The notes: generated from the letters alone by a model not told the origin. A stretch of 64,000 bases of DNA from an uncultured virus (IMG/VR IMGVR_UViG_2645727712_000001) (IMGVR_UViG_2645727712_000001); one strand, 5' to 3'. Counted from the stretch's first letter, positions 29,801-39,025 are shown. Numbers and translations are program-made.

Positions 29801-31444
29801 GTTGACCAGCAGGCGGGCGCCGCTTGGAACATTGATGTCACGGTCTACCGTCACGACGCGGCCCGTTACAGCGGCGATACGTCCGCCATTGTCCCGCCCA
29901 GCGAGCATTGGGTCGGACAAGGTGATGACTTTGCCTGGCTTCGGAATGTAGCCATCCAGGCCAACGCGGAATGTTGCCCCCCTGAGTTGCAGCTGCTCGG
30001 TCATCAAAGCCCACTGGCCAGCGCGCTGGGCCTGGCCACGCGAGGTGCACCCCACCGCCTCTACGGAGATCTCACGGACCCCATATTCAGCGATCGCGTC
30101 CTCGTCGAAAACTGGCTCTTTGTCGGTGTCATAACCCCGCGCCGGGTCATCGAAGGACACCATGGCTTGGCTATGCCGCTCGCGCAGCTTGCTGCCGGTG
30201 TACTTGACCGCGCCGTCGTCGAGGATCTGTGACAGGGTGTAGTTATAGACCGGGTCTTGCGGCAGGTCTGCGTTGACGGTGATCTGGCTGCCGTCCCAGA
30301 AGGCCAGGCCATGGAAAATGGCTGCCAGGTCCTGGATCACCGCCCAGGCCTCGGCCTGCTTCTGCAGGTACAGGTTACAGGTGAAGCGCGGTTCTTGGCC
30401 GCCCATGCCGTCTGGCACCAATTGGTCGCAATACTGCCCGATGCGATACAGCGACCAGCGATTGATCATGCTCGGATCAATGCGATCTCCCAGGCCGTAG
30501 TAAGGGTGCAGCACCAGGTCATAAAAGACCCAGGCCGGGTTGTTGGTATAGGCCTCCTTGAAGGTCCCATCCCAGACCCCGTTCGTTGTGCCTACACCGC
30601 TGGTAGCGTAGGTACGAGTCTCTGCGTTGTAGTTGGCAGGTACGCGCACGATTCGCCCGCGCATCAGCACGGCGATCTTGGCGATATCGCCACCGAACTG
30701 CTCGGCGTCGTACTCCACGCAGCTGACAGCGGTCAGCGGGTACTCTTGGTCGCTGTCGACCACCTCCGACAGCGCCTCAACGTACATCCCATCTTGGGTC
30801 AGCGAGCTGTTGGCCTCGGGGGTGATACGACGGGCGCGGACCGTCCAGCGAGAACCGGCGGGGAGTTCGATCCGGTGCGAGCGTTCGTACTTGGTGACGT
30901 TCTTGCGGTTGACCTCGGACACCAGGACTTGCTGGAAGGGGCCGTTGTCAGTCGAAACGTCTATCGCATACTCGATGCGCACGCCATCAATGTTGCCGCT
31001 CTGGTCCTGGCGCTGGAGCTGTGGCCAGGAGAAACGCAGGCGCACGGCATCCAGCATGGGGTTGCTGATGGTGTGCACGTAGGGCGCGGTGGTCAGCAGC
31101 AACTGGCCAACAGCAATCTCGTTGCTCGACTCGGTGATGCCAGTCATACGCTCCTGGTTCAACTCACCGGAGCGAAACTGCCATTTCACGCCCGGGTAGT
31201 TCATGGTGCCGTCGTCGGCCATGACCTGAGTGCCATCGAGCTTGACGGAGCGCAGCCCATTTACCGGCCCTACAATGGGGCCCCAGCTCCACAGGTACAG
31301 CAGGCGGGCAACGGCGATGGACGGAACGCTGTTGGAAGCGATGCTGGGCTGCTTCTGCTTCTTCTCCCCACCCTTGCTGCCCACAACCTGGCGCTTACGT
31401 GTTGCGCGGGACTGCTGCGGGGCGCGCTTCGATACTTGGACCAT
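23846..31444 (-). CDS. tail tip / host-specificity protein J (about 2530 aa)
   Basis: lambda J-like YTNNPAWVFYDL, EPRFTCN, GCTSRGQAQRAG, FnIII-like region, repeated modules, C-terminal PFSVVGGQTFI. Confidence 0.92.
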   Translation of the reverse strand: MVQVSKRAPQQSRATRKRQVVGSKGGEKKQKQPSIASNSVPSIAVARLLYLWSWGPIVGPVNGLRSVKLDGTQVMADDGTMNYPGVKWQFRSGELNQERMTGITESSNEIAVGQLLLTTAPYVHTISNPMLDAVRLRFSWPQLQRQDQSGNIDGVRIEYAIDVSTDNGPFQQVLVSEVNRKNVTKYERSHRIELPAGSRWTVRARRITPEANSSLTQDGMYVEALSEVVDSDQEYPLTAVSCVEYDAEQFGGDIAKIAVLMRGRIVRVPANYNAETRTYATSGVGTTNGVWDGTFKEAYTNNPAWVFYDLVLHPYYGLGDRIDPSMINRWSLYRIGQYCDQLVPDGMGGQEPRFTCNLYLQKQAEAWAVIQDLAAIFHGLAFWDGSQITVNADLPQDPVYNYTLSQILDDGAVKYTGSKLRERHSQAMVSFDDPARGYDTDKEPVFDEDAIAEYGVREISVEAVGCTSRGQAQRAGQWALMTEQLQLRGATFRVGLDGYIPKPGKVITLSDPMLAGRDNGGRIAAVTGRVVTVDRDINVPSGARLLVNLPSGRSEVRQIRSVTGRQITVVAEFSEAPQPECAWVLDFDDLKVMQFYVRNITRPEWHQFQLECIQYEPGKFDAIDFGTIIDDRPISVLPPGVQDAPARVLIGSHSAVDQGIAVTTMSISWDAAPGAGAYDVEWRWGSRDWVRMPRTGQLTADVRGVYAGQYLARVRAVSAMDVASIPTTSALTEVAGKTTPPPAVTFLRAESLIFGIKVTIGYPAGASDTQRAELWYGPGSDLAAATKLTDLAYPQADHILQGLRAGQTFYFWARLVDRSGNIGSWFPVDAPGIKGQASADAGPILEQIAKQIGESELGKELTSKIEKIALIDGNGPGSVNERLGTAKAELAKQISEVNNALGTVKGNLEQQITAVSADVSAAKTELQQQIANVSALAGSLPYRKDKAYSVGQSALGSDGKLYQALKAVPLNTPPPNATYWTDVGQAVVTANGMAARVSKVETDVSTLDDKVTAQASQISGLQSSLTTTNGNVSAAQQAAQDAATLAGGKGKVIVQSAAPAVADRLAQNLWIDTTSNANTPKRWNGSAWVAVTDKVATDAAAAAAGALALAQTKADASVVSSLTTRVSDAEGKLTSQATRMDGMQTSIDGKASSQALQQVTSRVTATEDKDKAQDQLISSQSQALTSLTDSVSKKADASAVQSLGNRVEVAEGAISSQSTDITQLKNSVGAAQPFVAGRAWEFTGSTKGWVATATNGMITAGPLFATVTANPNLQCNFTPVVAGAENPYLRIRLRRRNTSRAGAQMYWANEDGGLAEARRFGWFISTTTTDWQDIELDLSGHAGWNSKKIYAIRLDMMNSGDTSGEIDIAYIAVGRRSASASAEAVSSLSNAVTEAEGKLSSQGQSIVSLQGGLNTTNGNVSAAQKAAQDAYSLADAKGKVIVQNSAPSAINQQIQNLWIDTTGGGNTPKRWNGSAWQAVSDKVATDAAAAAANALSQVATKADASTVQSLTNKVEQQGTAITAAGEAITGINASLGQVGGENLLPNPSFEVEGPTAGLADGWRVGSSLAAPNRLLSLVPSTLDPRGRAQRVDAKGLSGSAYVDVALPNASWVSMAPGQVLTVSAHVRGTQDLVSEIYLQYKNSGGATVGTHGPLRTILSDAWNRPVFTGAPAPDGTIGADLLLRVRGPLGGTVSDGYYEIDRAQAELSTVVSAWKDNAKNAQSAAQANAVAISSVTGRVSSTEEGLTSVSGRLTKLDNSIGDVGGENLFYNPAFTKLGAATGSNPDGWVPEGTATYTPSMVSSWLNAAENAYRCSTTGVGSTASGNPYTSLVTASERAPAVAPGQTVSSSIYVRKTSDSGDLGMRIFHQWINAAGTVINAPATAVVPMTVDGDRISFTSVAPTGAAKVRVFYRAHAAIGGTVAGTFEVARPQIEYGSRPTGWRDNGQVNSNAIGAVSTAVDGLTSSVSQQGKDITSVSGRTTSLENSVNSGSTGLASKASTAALTSVANRVAATESGLTAQSSSITSLEAKIGNALPFVAGQTWEFTNSVEGWKANTSGATLTAGPQYATVAKFTTIQVTNTFPVIDGAENPLIRIRLRRRNTGRASAAMYWANEDGGLAEARRFNWPINTSSADWQDIELDLSGHAGWSGKKIWAIRLDMYNSTDASGEVDIAYIAAGRRSVAASGRAFDSLSVNVSQQGDKLAAETQRINGLYTSVGNANSAIQDETTARATADSALSTRINTAQAKANEAAAAVQSEVQARADADGALSKRVETAQATAGNANAAVQQVATAQSDMKGMLNAQYTMRVQINNQMGVHHWGGFGIGINEQNGVVQSAFVVYSDQFVLLNANGGGLSSPFSVVGGQTFISDAYIRNASIGTAKIANGAIANAQIQDAAITNSKIGNLQVDTLKIGNEAVTIPRYAGYAPRFNCNGSWQTPLTITFYMPQPGMVYINYCSTFLSNGTQFYQYRLVLDGNMIAESVANWSDSSITLASGQYVGAGQHTVDFSILGAVGVVLSYQNLMVQGIMR

Positions 31445-31498
31445 TCCAGTCTCCACAAACGAAAAAACCCGCCGAAGCGGGTCGTGTGTTGCCAATAT

Positions 31499-32083
31499 TC
31501 ACAGCCGGTCTTGCGGGTAGATTCCCCCCGACTCTACGGCTCCGCCGATCTCGCGCTCGCCGTACAGCACTGGGTAGGGATTGCCTTGGGCGATCGTGGT
31601 GACCGCACCGCCGAACCCGTAGCTGGGGTTGTTGCCGTCCTCATTGCGATCGAGGCTGCCAGTTGTCGGCGTGGGCGAAAGCATCTGCACAACACCAGTT
31701 GCAGCCATCGCGGCACCGCCAGCGATCATCGCCACGCCATAGGCGGAGGTGGTACCGAAGGTGAAGTAGCCAGCCACGATGAGCACAACGCCAATGATGG
31801 TGGTGAACAGCCCGGCCTGCTTGCTGCCCTGAATGATCGGGGCGATTCGGATGTCCCCGGCGTCGTCGCCCATCATGTCCAAGTCATCGGCTGACAGGTT
31901 GCGGGTGCCGGAGAATACGGTGAACACCAGCCCCCGCTCCTCGCCTGTGGTCAAAAACTTTTCGAAGCCGGGCACCATGTTGCACAACGCCTGGATGGCG
32001 TCACGTGTGCTGTTTACATCCAATTCATACTCACGCCCGAAGTGCTTGCGCAGCACCCCGTACAGTTTGACCTTGCGCTTCAT
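31499..32083 (-). CDS. tail assembly protein I
   Basis: LYGVLRKHFG, IAPIIQGSK, GNPYPVLYG. Confidence 0.9.
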   Translation of the reverse strand: MKRKVKLYGVLRKHFGREYELDVNSTRDAIQALCNMVPGFEKFLTTGEERGLVFTVFSGTRNLSADDLDMMGDDAGDIRIAPIIQGSKQAGLFTTIIGVVLIVAGYFTFGTTSAYGVAMIAGGAAMAATGVVQMLSPTPTTGSLDRNEDGNNPSYGFGGAVTTIAQGNPYPVLYGEREIGGAVESGGIYPQDRL

Positions 32084-32862
32084 GGCTGAAAGTCCTTGTG
32101 CCGCAGAATCAGCCGGCAGCGGTTGGCCATTGACCAGCCGTAGACTTCCCGCGTGGAGGCCCTGCCGGCCATGTGGTGGTAGATGAAGGGCCCACTGCCG
32201 CCCAGGCGCGCGGCCGGCTCGCTGGTCAGCTCCGGCTGGCTGCCGAGGTAAATGGCCGCATGATTAGGGTGAAAGCAGGGCCGGCCTGGCGATGGCACCA
32301 TGAAGACCAGCATGTCACCGCGCAGGGGCTCATCCACATGGTAGAAGCCGGTTGCAGCAAAGTTGCCCTCATACAGGCTTGGCCCGTCTTCCTGCTCCCA
32401 CCAGAGGTCGTCGCGCTCGAAGTTGGGCAGCATCAGCCCGGCCTCGCGGGCATACCAGTCGCGACAGGCGGCCCAGCAATCCAGCAGGCCATGGGCGAAC
32501 TCGCGACCCAGTAGCGGGGCTTGATAGCCGGATGGCTTGAACCATTGCATGTCACCACCTGGCCAGCCGACGATGCCCCAGGGCACCTCATGCAGTTCAC
32601 AGCTCACCCGGTCTGCCATGCTAGGCGTAGGCGCAGCATCAGGATGGCTGTGCACGATCGCCAGCAGCTCGCCCTTATCCTCGGCGTCTGCCAAGTCCTC
32701 ATGGTGAAGGCGGAAGTTCTCCCGCGGTGTTTTCGCCAGGTTGCGGCACGGCACATAGGTCCGGCCCTGGTCGGTCTTGATAAGCACCCCGCAGGCTTCG
32801 GCCGGGTACGCGCGTTCGGCATGCTCGCGGATCGCGGCCTGCAATGACTGGTTGATACGCAT
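32080..32862 (-). CDS. tail assembly protein K (JAB + NlpC/P60)
   Basis: EACG, VHSHPD...PSMAD, GLLDCW, NHAAIY. Confidence 0.9.
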   Translation of the reverse strand: MRINQSLQAAIREHAERAYPAEACGVLIKTDQGRTYVPCRNLAKTPRENFRLHHEDLADAEDKGELLAIVHSHPDAAPTPSMADRVSCELHEVPWGIVGWPGGDMQWFKPSGYQAPLLGREFAHGLLDCWAACRDWYAREAGLMLPNFERDDLWWEQEDGPSLYEGNFAATGFYHVDEPLRGDMLVFMVPSPGRPCFHPNHAAIYLGSQPELTSEPAARLGGSGPFIYHHMAGRASTREVYGWSMANRCRLILRHKDFQP

Positions 32863-32865
32863 TGA

Positions 32866-33567
32866 TCACCTCGAGCTGACGATCAGACTTGCGCCCATGG
32901 AGCCGCCGAAGCGGCGTGTGTTGCCGCGAAGCTTGCAGCTCTTCCAGCGCCCCGGGCAGCGGTCGAGCGCCGGGTTGTCAGTGGGTTCGTCCTGCTTGGT
33001 GTACATGGCAGCGCCGGTATAGGCGCAGGCCTCGCCCCGGTACTGCCCACGACAGGCCCAGCGGCATAGCTTGGTGATCTGCTGGGCCGGCAGCATGACG
33101 CCGCCCATGTCCAAAGGGCTGGACAACTGGAAGGTCACCTGCTGGCGGTTCTCGTCGGTCTTCTGCTCGATGTACCAGAGGTTTTCCCGGACCTGGTTGG
33201 ACGCATCAGGGTTTCCGTCCGGGAAGTTCACCGCATCCAGGAAGTGGCGAAAGGTCTCGATGACCCTGACCTTGGAGCCCACCAGGTCTTTGAGCGCCAA
33301 GCACAGCGCTGTGACCGCGCCACGCACACCAGCTATCTCGTTTGCCATCTGCAGGGTCGGGGTGGCAGGCCGGCCATCGCCGCGAATGTCGAAGCCCTTG
33401 GCCTCGATCTGCATGGCCGAATAGAGCTGGCCCTGCCAGATGATATCGGCCTCCTGAGCATGCCCATGAAAGCGCATGATGTTCCCGCCCAGTCGGGTCG
33501 CGTCCACCTCGTAGAGCCGGATCTGGTTGCCAGGCTCAAGCTTCTGGATATCGGATTCGAATGTCAT
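32866..33567 (-). CDS. minor tail protein L
   Basis: C-terminal Cys cluster CRW...YRGEAC.Y...DRC...C. Confidence 0.9.
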   Translation of the reverse strand: MTFESDIQKLEPGNQIRLYEVDATRLGGNIMRFHGHAQEADIIWQGQLYSAMQIEAKGFDIRGDGRPATPTLQMANEIAGVRGAVTALCLALKDLVGSKVRVIETFRHFLDAVNFPDGNPDASNQVRENLWYIEQKTDENRQQVTFQLSSPLDMGGVMLPAQQITKLCRWACRGQYRGEACAYTGAAMYTKQDEPTDNPALDRCPGRWKSCKLRGNTRRFGGSMGASLIVSSR

Positions 33568-33603
33568 GGGGCCTCTGAAAGAGAAAACCCCGCAAGCGCG
33601 GGG

Positions 33604-33954
33604 TCAATAGGGGGTAAATCGCTGATCGAAAGTCCAGCTGATGGTCACCAGGTTGGGAGCGCCACGGGCTCTGATTTTGTAGCCTTTAGCCCTGTACCGA
33701 CCCTGCACACCACCGGGCGGCGTCCAGTAACAGGTGCGATAGCCCTCATGGCGGTCTAGGAACTTGCGAATCTCAAAGGCTTCCTCTCCCTCGACTAGAA
33801 GGCCTGTATGGGACAAGCTCCACGACTGTGTCTTGGTGTTAATGCCGACGCCACCTGCCTGGACAAAACCATCACCGAAGTTGTTCTCCCAGGTGTTCTG
33901 CTTGACCTCGCCGTCAGCTTCGGCCTCAACGTCAAAGCTGAAGATCTCTGTCAT
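33604..33954 (-). CDS. minor tail protein M
   Basis: FGDGFVQ...GIN, FLDRHEG...WTPP. Confidence 0.88.
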   Translation of the reverse strand: MTEIFSFDVEAEADGEVKQNTWENNFGDGFVQAGGVGINTKTQSWSLSHTGLLVEGEEAFEIRKFLDRHEGYRTCYWTPPGGVQGRYRAKGYKIRARGAPNLVTISWTFDQRFTPY

Positions 33955-36900
33955 CACTTTCTCCAAAGAAGGCCGCCCTGCTGGGTTTCCCGATACAGCA
34001 CATCACGCACGACACCTTCGAAGCCCTCTCGCAGACCTTCACCCTGACGCCTCGCCTGCTCTTCACTTACTCCTTGCTGGGCCTGCACGTTGATTGGTGA
34101 GTTGATGATGATCTGCGCACCGCTCTGCGCTCGCTCTGCGCCAGCAGAAGCTGACGAACTCTGACCGATCATCCCAATGCGCCCATCGCTGAGGGCTTCC
34201 AGATTGCCAACACCAATCCTGGCAGTGGCCTCGGCATCGAAAACGTATTCCCCACGGTGAACAGGGCCGGCAACTTCATCTCTGCGACCGTGGCCTGTGT
34301 AGCCGCCATCCATGAAGCCTGCCCCTGCCATCGCTGAGGTTGAGGCTACCCCGGCAACCATGGGGGCCGTAGCAGCTGCCGCCGTAAGCGCTGCAGCAGG
34401 CGCCAGAGCGGGCCCGTAAATGGGGATGGCTGCGGTAGATGCATATGCGGCCAGTTGCGCTTGGAAGGCCGTTGCCTGGGCGTTAGCTACCATGCCAAGG
34501 CTTGCAGATGACTGAGTGGTTTTACCGACCACAAGCTGCACCGCCTGGTAGATCAGCCACTGAGCTGCCATATCGGCCAAGGTCGATATCACTGACTTTC
34601 CGAAACCAGTCACCATGTCCGCCAATGCGTCGCCGGCGTCCTTGGATCCGGTGGCCATATCCGTGAAGAACGCCCCTAGTTCACTGCGAGCGCTGCCGAA
34701 AGTAGACGCGGTAGCATCGGCTGCAATCGCGGAGTAGTTGGTGGCCGCGTCGGCATAGTTCTGCCAGGCTTCCCGAGCACCCAGTACCCAGTTTGTCTGC
34801 AGCTCATCAACCTGCTCGTAGTAGAGCTGCTGGGCGAACAGCTGTTTGTTCAGCTCTTCCTGTAAAACTTCTGTCTGGCTGGCATAGAGCTCAGGGGTGA
34901 TCTGACCCGTATTTCGCTGTTCATTGAGGGCCTTCACATCCTCGACGTACTTCTGCCGTACAGCCAGATCGGCACGCATCCGGTCACGGGCTTTGTCGCC
35001 CATCCCAATTCCCGCCAGCTCCTGCGCATAGCCGTTGATGGCTGTTTGTGTGCCAGAGGACTGCGCAGCTTTGAAAGCGCTTAGCTTCAGCGCATCCTCA
35101 TTGGCTTTCTTGATCTTGTTGAGCCCGTCCAGCTCTGCAGCCAGTTCCAGGAGCCGCTTTTGCTGAGCCTTCGACAGGTTGCCAAGCTTGCCCTCTTGTA
35201 GCTCAAACGACAGCTTGGCGACCTCGGTGGCGTCCTTTTGCCTGTCGCCGGTGGTGTTGATCAGCTGGATCTGACGCTTGAATCCCTCCTCAGTCGACTC
35301 AAAGTCCTTGAGCTGTTTTTTTGCGGCTTTCTCGCTTTCAGACTCACCCTTTCGCTTAGCCTTGTTGGCCGCGTCGTTGACCTTCTTCTGCGACTCGATA
35401 GCACTCGCTGCTGAGAGGATCGCGTTGCGGTCAGTGTCGGTGAGATCGGCGTGCTCTGTGATATAGCGATTGGCGATCTTGATCGCGTCATTGTTATCTT
35501 GCAGGCCGCCCAGCTGCTTCTGCAGGGTGTCGAGGTATGTCTGCCCGGCACCACTCATACCGATCTTGGCGGCAGTGTTTGCCTGGGTAGAGGCCGTGTT
35601 ACGGTCGGTTTCCTCGGTCAGTTCACCGAGCTTTGCGCGCAGGTTCTGCAACTGCGCACTGAGCTCGGAGGCCTTGATCTGACCGGTCTCGATGGCCTGG
35701 GCCATGGCTTCTGTGACGCCGGGAATGCCGCGCACCTGGTCAGCCACAGCCTTCCAATCCACGACTGCGCCTTTAGCCGCTTCATTCGCCGCCTGCCGAA
35801 CCAAGTCGAGCGCTTTCTGCGCTTCTGCTGGCAGCGGCACCAGGGCACCAATAAAGCCGTCGACACCTGCGGCACCCACGTCGCGCAGGCTGTTTTCAAA
35901 CCGGTCAGCGATGGAGCCGGCAACTTGACTCAGCTCGCTGGCAGTGTCTTCGAGAGTTCCTTTTAGCTCGCGCAACGCCACTGCTTGTGTGGCCTTATTG
36001 AGCTTGCCGAACCGCTCAACCAGCTTATCGAGTGGGTCGTTTAGGTCTCCGAGCTTCTTCTCCAGCGAGTCGGAGTTGTCGCGCAGCAGCAGGAAACTGG
36101 CCGCTGCAGTACCGGCGAGCATGGCAATGCCCATCGGGCCACCCATCGCCGCCAGCAGGCCACCGGTGGCAGCCCGGGTAAGGTTTGCCTGGGCGATGGC
36201 CAGCGCTTCAGTCGAAGCCTTCAGCGCAGCCTGTTTGGGGATCAGCTCACTCTGGACGATCGAAAGGCGCTGCAGGCCGGTGGTAGCAACAACCGTAGCC
36301 TCGGCCTGCTGCAACTGGGCTTGGGCGTAGATGCGTTGAGCCTCAGCCGCCCGCATAGCAGCCTGAGCGTTCTGGACTTCTGCCCGGTATTGGGCCAACG
36401 CCGCCTTAAGCGCCAGGCCCGACTTGGCCACGTAGTTGGTGAGCGCGGCCACGCCGGCAACACCCATCGCCGAAGCGACCAACTCGACATTTTCGCCCAG
36501 CACTAATAAAACCTGGGATAGCCCGCCGACTACCCCAGTGCTCTCTTCCATATTGCCAAGGAAAGCGCTGATGGCGTTTCCAATATTGGTCAACGCATCC
36601 TGCACACTGGTCGACATCTCGGCAGCTGCCTGGCGATTCGTATCGACCGTCTTCAGTAGGCCGTTGTTGAGGTCGTCCAGCGCAAGCTTGCCCTCTACGC
36701 CCAGCTTGCGTATCTGCTCAGCGCTTTTTCCAGTACCCGCAGCGATCGCATCGACGATCGTCGGCATTGCGGTCTGAATCGACACCCAGCCGTCAGCCTC
36801 GACTTTGCCAGTTTGCAGCGCCTTGGAATAGGCATCCAGCGCAGAGCCGGCTTTGTCCGCTGACGCAGCGTTGGTTACCAGCAGAAAGCTGAAGCTGTCG

Positions 36901-37346
36901 GTGATATCCAGGGTTTTCTGGGTGTCGTAGCCCAGGTTGCGCATTACCCCGGCAGTACGAATGTAGAGTTCCTGTGCCTCCGCCAGCGGGCGGTAGGTTT
37001 CATTGGCGGTTTGCAGAAGGTGCTCCTGCACCAACTGATATTCAGCGCCGCTCCCTGCAGCAGCCTTCATGCGGTCGGACATCTGACCGTAGGCATCGAC
37101 CTGCTTGATGATGCCGCCAACCAGACCGGCGCCAGCCACTGCAGCAAATGCACCGCGGATCAGGTTACCTGCCTGCTGAGCGGAGTTGCCAGCGCGGTCA
37201 AATGCAGAGTCGACCTGAGCCAGATTGCGATCAATGCTCTGTGATGAGCGAGCGACTAACTGATCTGCATTAGCCAACTCCCGGCGAAGTTGTGCGGTAG
37301 TGGCCTCGATTTGGACCAGCATTCCCTGGACTTGCTGATCGGCCAT
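33954..37346 (-). CDS. tail tape measure protein
   Basis: 1130 aa, Ala-rich helical, GGYTG...AGPVHRGEYV. Confidence 0.92.
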   Translation of the reverse strand: MADQQVQGMLVQIEATTAQLRRELANADQLVARSSQSIDRNLAQVDSAFDRAGNSAQQAGNLIRGAFAAVAGAGLVGGIIKQVDAYGQMSDRMKAAAGSGAEYQLVQEHLLQTANETYRPLAEAQELYIRTAGVMRNLGYDTQKTLDITDSFSFLLVTNAASADKAGSALDAYSKALQTGKVEADGWVSIQTAMPTIVDAIAAGTGKSAEQIRKLGVEGKLALDDLNNGLLKTVDTNRQAAAEMSTSVQDALTNIGNAISAFLGNMEESTGVVGGLSQVLLVLGENVELVASAMGVAGVAALTNYVAKSGLALKAALAQYRAEVQNAQAAMRAAEAQRIYAQAQLQQAEATVVATTGLQRLSIVQSELIPKQAALKASTEALAIAQANLTRAATGGLLAAMGGPMGIAMLAGTAAASFLLLRDNSDSLEKKLGDLNDPLDKLVERFGKLNKATQAVALRELKGTLEDTASELSQVAGSIADRFENSLRDVGAAGVDGFIGALVPLPAEAQKALDLVRQAANEAAKGAVVDWKAVADQVRGIPGVTEAMAQAIETGQIKASELSAQLQNLRAKLGELTEETDRNTASTQANTAAKIGMSGAGQTYLDTLQKQLGGLQDNNDAIKIANRYITEHADLTDTDRNAILSAASAIESQKKVNDAANKAKRKGESESEKAAKKQLKDFESTEEGFKRQIQLINTTGDRQKDATEVAKLSFELQEGKLGNLSKAQQKRLLELAAELDGLNKIKKANEDALKLSAFKAAQSSGTQTAINGYAQELAGIGMGDKARDRMRADLAVRQKYVEDVKALNEQRNTGQITPELYASQTEVLQEELNKQLFAQQLYYEQVDELQTNWVLGAREAWQNYADAATNYSAIAADATASTFGSARSELGAFFTDMATGSKDAGDALADMVTGFGKSVISTLADMAAQWLIYQAVQLVVGKTTQSSASLGMVANAQATAFQAQLAAYASTAAIPIYGPALAPAAALTAAAATAPMVAGVASTSAMAGAGFMDGGYTGHGRRDEVAGPVHRGEYVFDAEATARIGVGNLEALSDGRIGMIGQSSSASAGAERAQSGAQIIINSPINVQAQQGVSEEQARRQGEGLREGFEGVVRDVLYRETQQGGLLWRK

Positions 37347-37367
37347 TCTATTCTCCGTATAAAAGTA

Positions 37368-37387
37368 AACCCGCCGAGGCGGGTTTG
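37368..37387. terminator. terminator after the tail-region moron
   Basis: AAACCCGCCGAGGCGGGTTT. Confidence 0.7.
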
Positions 37388-37401
37388 ATAGTGGATCGAC
37401 G

Positions 37402-37878
37402 CTACTGGATGTTTAGGTCACTCACCCTCCAAAGCTTCGTTGCTCTGTCATATGAGATTGATGCACGGTAGCTGCTGCGAATTAAAGCGCCGAATCCGTT
37501 CTGAGAATCAACATATGCCGAAACTTGGAATCCGCACTCACCATCAGGCTCAACGTCAACACCTTGATCGTTTACATATGGAAACTGCGCAGTCGCGGGA
37601 GATTTCAGCCTTTGTTTCACAAAGTTCTGCGACATGACGAAAGCCATTGTCGTGTTTCCGCAGTCCTTAATTTGCGCTTCGATTTCACGCTGAGGACTAT
37701 GCTTCCATGAATAAAACCAGGACCAGCCACCAATAAGCACTACCGCTGCGATAGCTAGCGTGAATCGGATCTTCCCTTCAGCAGGACTCCAATTCGCTGC
37801 CATCACAGAGCATATTATGTAAACCGCTACACCCACGGCCACAGTGAACAAAATCATCAGGAAAGTCATGCTCAACAT
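37402..37878 (-). CDS. moron membrane protein (2 TM plus soluble domain)
   Basis: VKQRLKSPATAQF, VDSQNGFGA; lower GC than neighbours; inserted before the tape measure gene. Confidence 0.7.
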   Translation of the reverse strand: MLSMTFLMILFTVAVGVAVYIICSVMAANWSPAEGKIRFTLAIAAVVLIGGWSWFYSWKHSPQREIEAQIKDCGNTTMAFVMSQNFVKQRLKSPATAQFPYVNDQGVDVEPDGECGFQVSAYVDSQNGFGALIRSSYRASISYDRATKLWRVSDLNIQ

Positions 37879-37912
37879 CCATATTTAAAGGGCAGGAGAT
37901 TCTACATCCTGC

Positions 37913-38188
37913 TCAGCTCTTTCTCCCAGTCAATGCGGTTCTGAGCCTGTCCGCTACATTTGATGCACTCGGCTTTCCCTTCCCTGGCTGAGCCTTGCCC
38001 TTGCCGAAGGGGTTCGTCATCTGTGACCACTCGATGCGCGCATCCATGGCCAGGAACAACTCCGGAAGAGGCGTGCGCCATGCTGCATCTGGTGACCAGC
38101 CAAGCCACCCTGTAGCGATTGCATAAAGCCGGTCTACGTAGCTGCCATCCTCGACAACGCTCACGCCTCCCCGGCTGTCTCCTTTCCC
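37913..38188 (-). CDS. tail assembly chaperone T (frameshift extension of G)
   Basis: -1 frame after GGGAAAG; GWLGWSPDAAW. Confidence 0.8.
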   Translation of the reverse strand, partial: GKGDSRGGVSVVEDGSYVDRLYAIATGWLGWSPDAAWRTPLPELFLAMDARIEWSQMTNPFGKGKAQPGKGKPSASNVADRLRTALTGRKS

Positions 38189-38490
38189 TCATCACCACCG
38201 CGTGGATTGTAAAGCGCGACCAGGTAAGCATTGAGCTGGCTGGCAACGCCCAGCACGCCGGCTTGCCACACTTTCTCTGGCATAGCGTCTGCAGCCTTGC
38301 CTTCCAGGCCGGCTCCAGCAGCCAAGATTATCGCGCAGCCATCAATGCTCAAGGCTGAGATGGTTTGGGAGGCGCCGCGGAGGCCACCAAAACGGCTTTC
38401 AATAGCCCGCACCGCTTTCAACGTTGGCTGGAGGACGAACTCCTCATCACCCAGTTTCACGGTCAAAGTCCCGTGGAGGGTCTTATACAT
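38161..38490 (-). CDS. tail assembly chaperone G
   Basis: between the tail tube and tape measure genes; slippery site near its end. Confidence 0.8.
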   Translation of the reverse strand: MYKTLHGTLTVKLGDEEFVLQPTLKAVRAIESRFGGLRGASQTISALSIDGCAIILAAGAGLEGKAADAMPEKVWQAGVLGVASQLNAYLVALYNPRGGDEGKETAGEA

Positions 38491-38530
38491 AAAGCACTGT
38501 CCTTGATTGCCGGGGCTGGGCCCCGGTTAT

Positions 38531-39025
38531 TCAGGCGGCTGCAGGTAGCAGCTCCAAGATATCGGAGTTGATGCCGATGGTGATGTTGCGGCGCACGACG
38601 TTGTCGGCGGCACCTGGTGCAACGGTGTTGTTCATCACCTTGCCGCGCATGTAGAAGGTGGTCGGCCTGACCACTGGGGTGGCGGTGGGATCACCATCGT
38701 TGAGGGTGATCTTGATGTTGTAGTCGCCCTTGCTACGGTCCTTGTGAGCGACCTTCACTGCCTTCTGGCCGGCATCGCCGTTGTCCAGTCCCACGGTCAG
38801 CGTCAGGTCACCAGCATCAGCGGTGCCCTTGTACTTACGCACGCGGCCGTTCTTCAGCGACGTGAAAGTCACGCTGCTGAATGTGTCGCCGAACTCGCCC
38901 AGGTCCTCGATTTCGCCCACCTCGACATAGGTGTCGGCTTCGTATTGGGTCTGGGTGTCAGCGCCAGTTTTGCCGCCAAGCCAGAAGCGGCAGCCGGCAG
39001 CGGTGTTCAGGTTGTCATCGGCCAT
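38531..39025 (-). CDS. major tail (tube) protein
   Basis: GEIEDLGEFG, KYKGTADAG; position. Confidence 0.82.
   Translation of the reverse strand: MADDNLNTAAGCRFWLGGKTGADTQTQYEADTYVEVGEIEDLGEFGDTFSSVTFTSLKNGRVRKYKGTADAGDLTLTVGLDNGDAGQKAVKVAHKDRSKGDYNIKITLNDGDPTATPVVRPTTFYMRGKVMNNTVAPGAADNVVRRNITIGINSDILELLPAAA

Noticed and set aside
30257..31894. Long plus-strand ORFs (also 41595..42920 and 53183..54664)
   Set aside because: Antisense shadows of high-GC phage genes with no recognisable motifs
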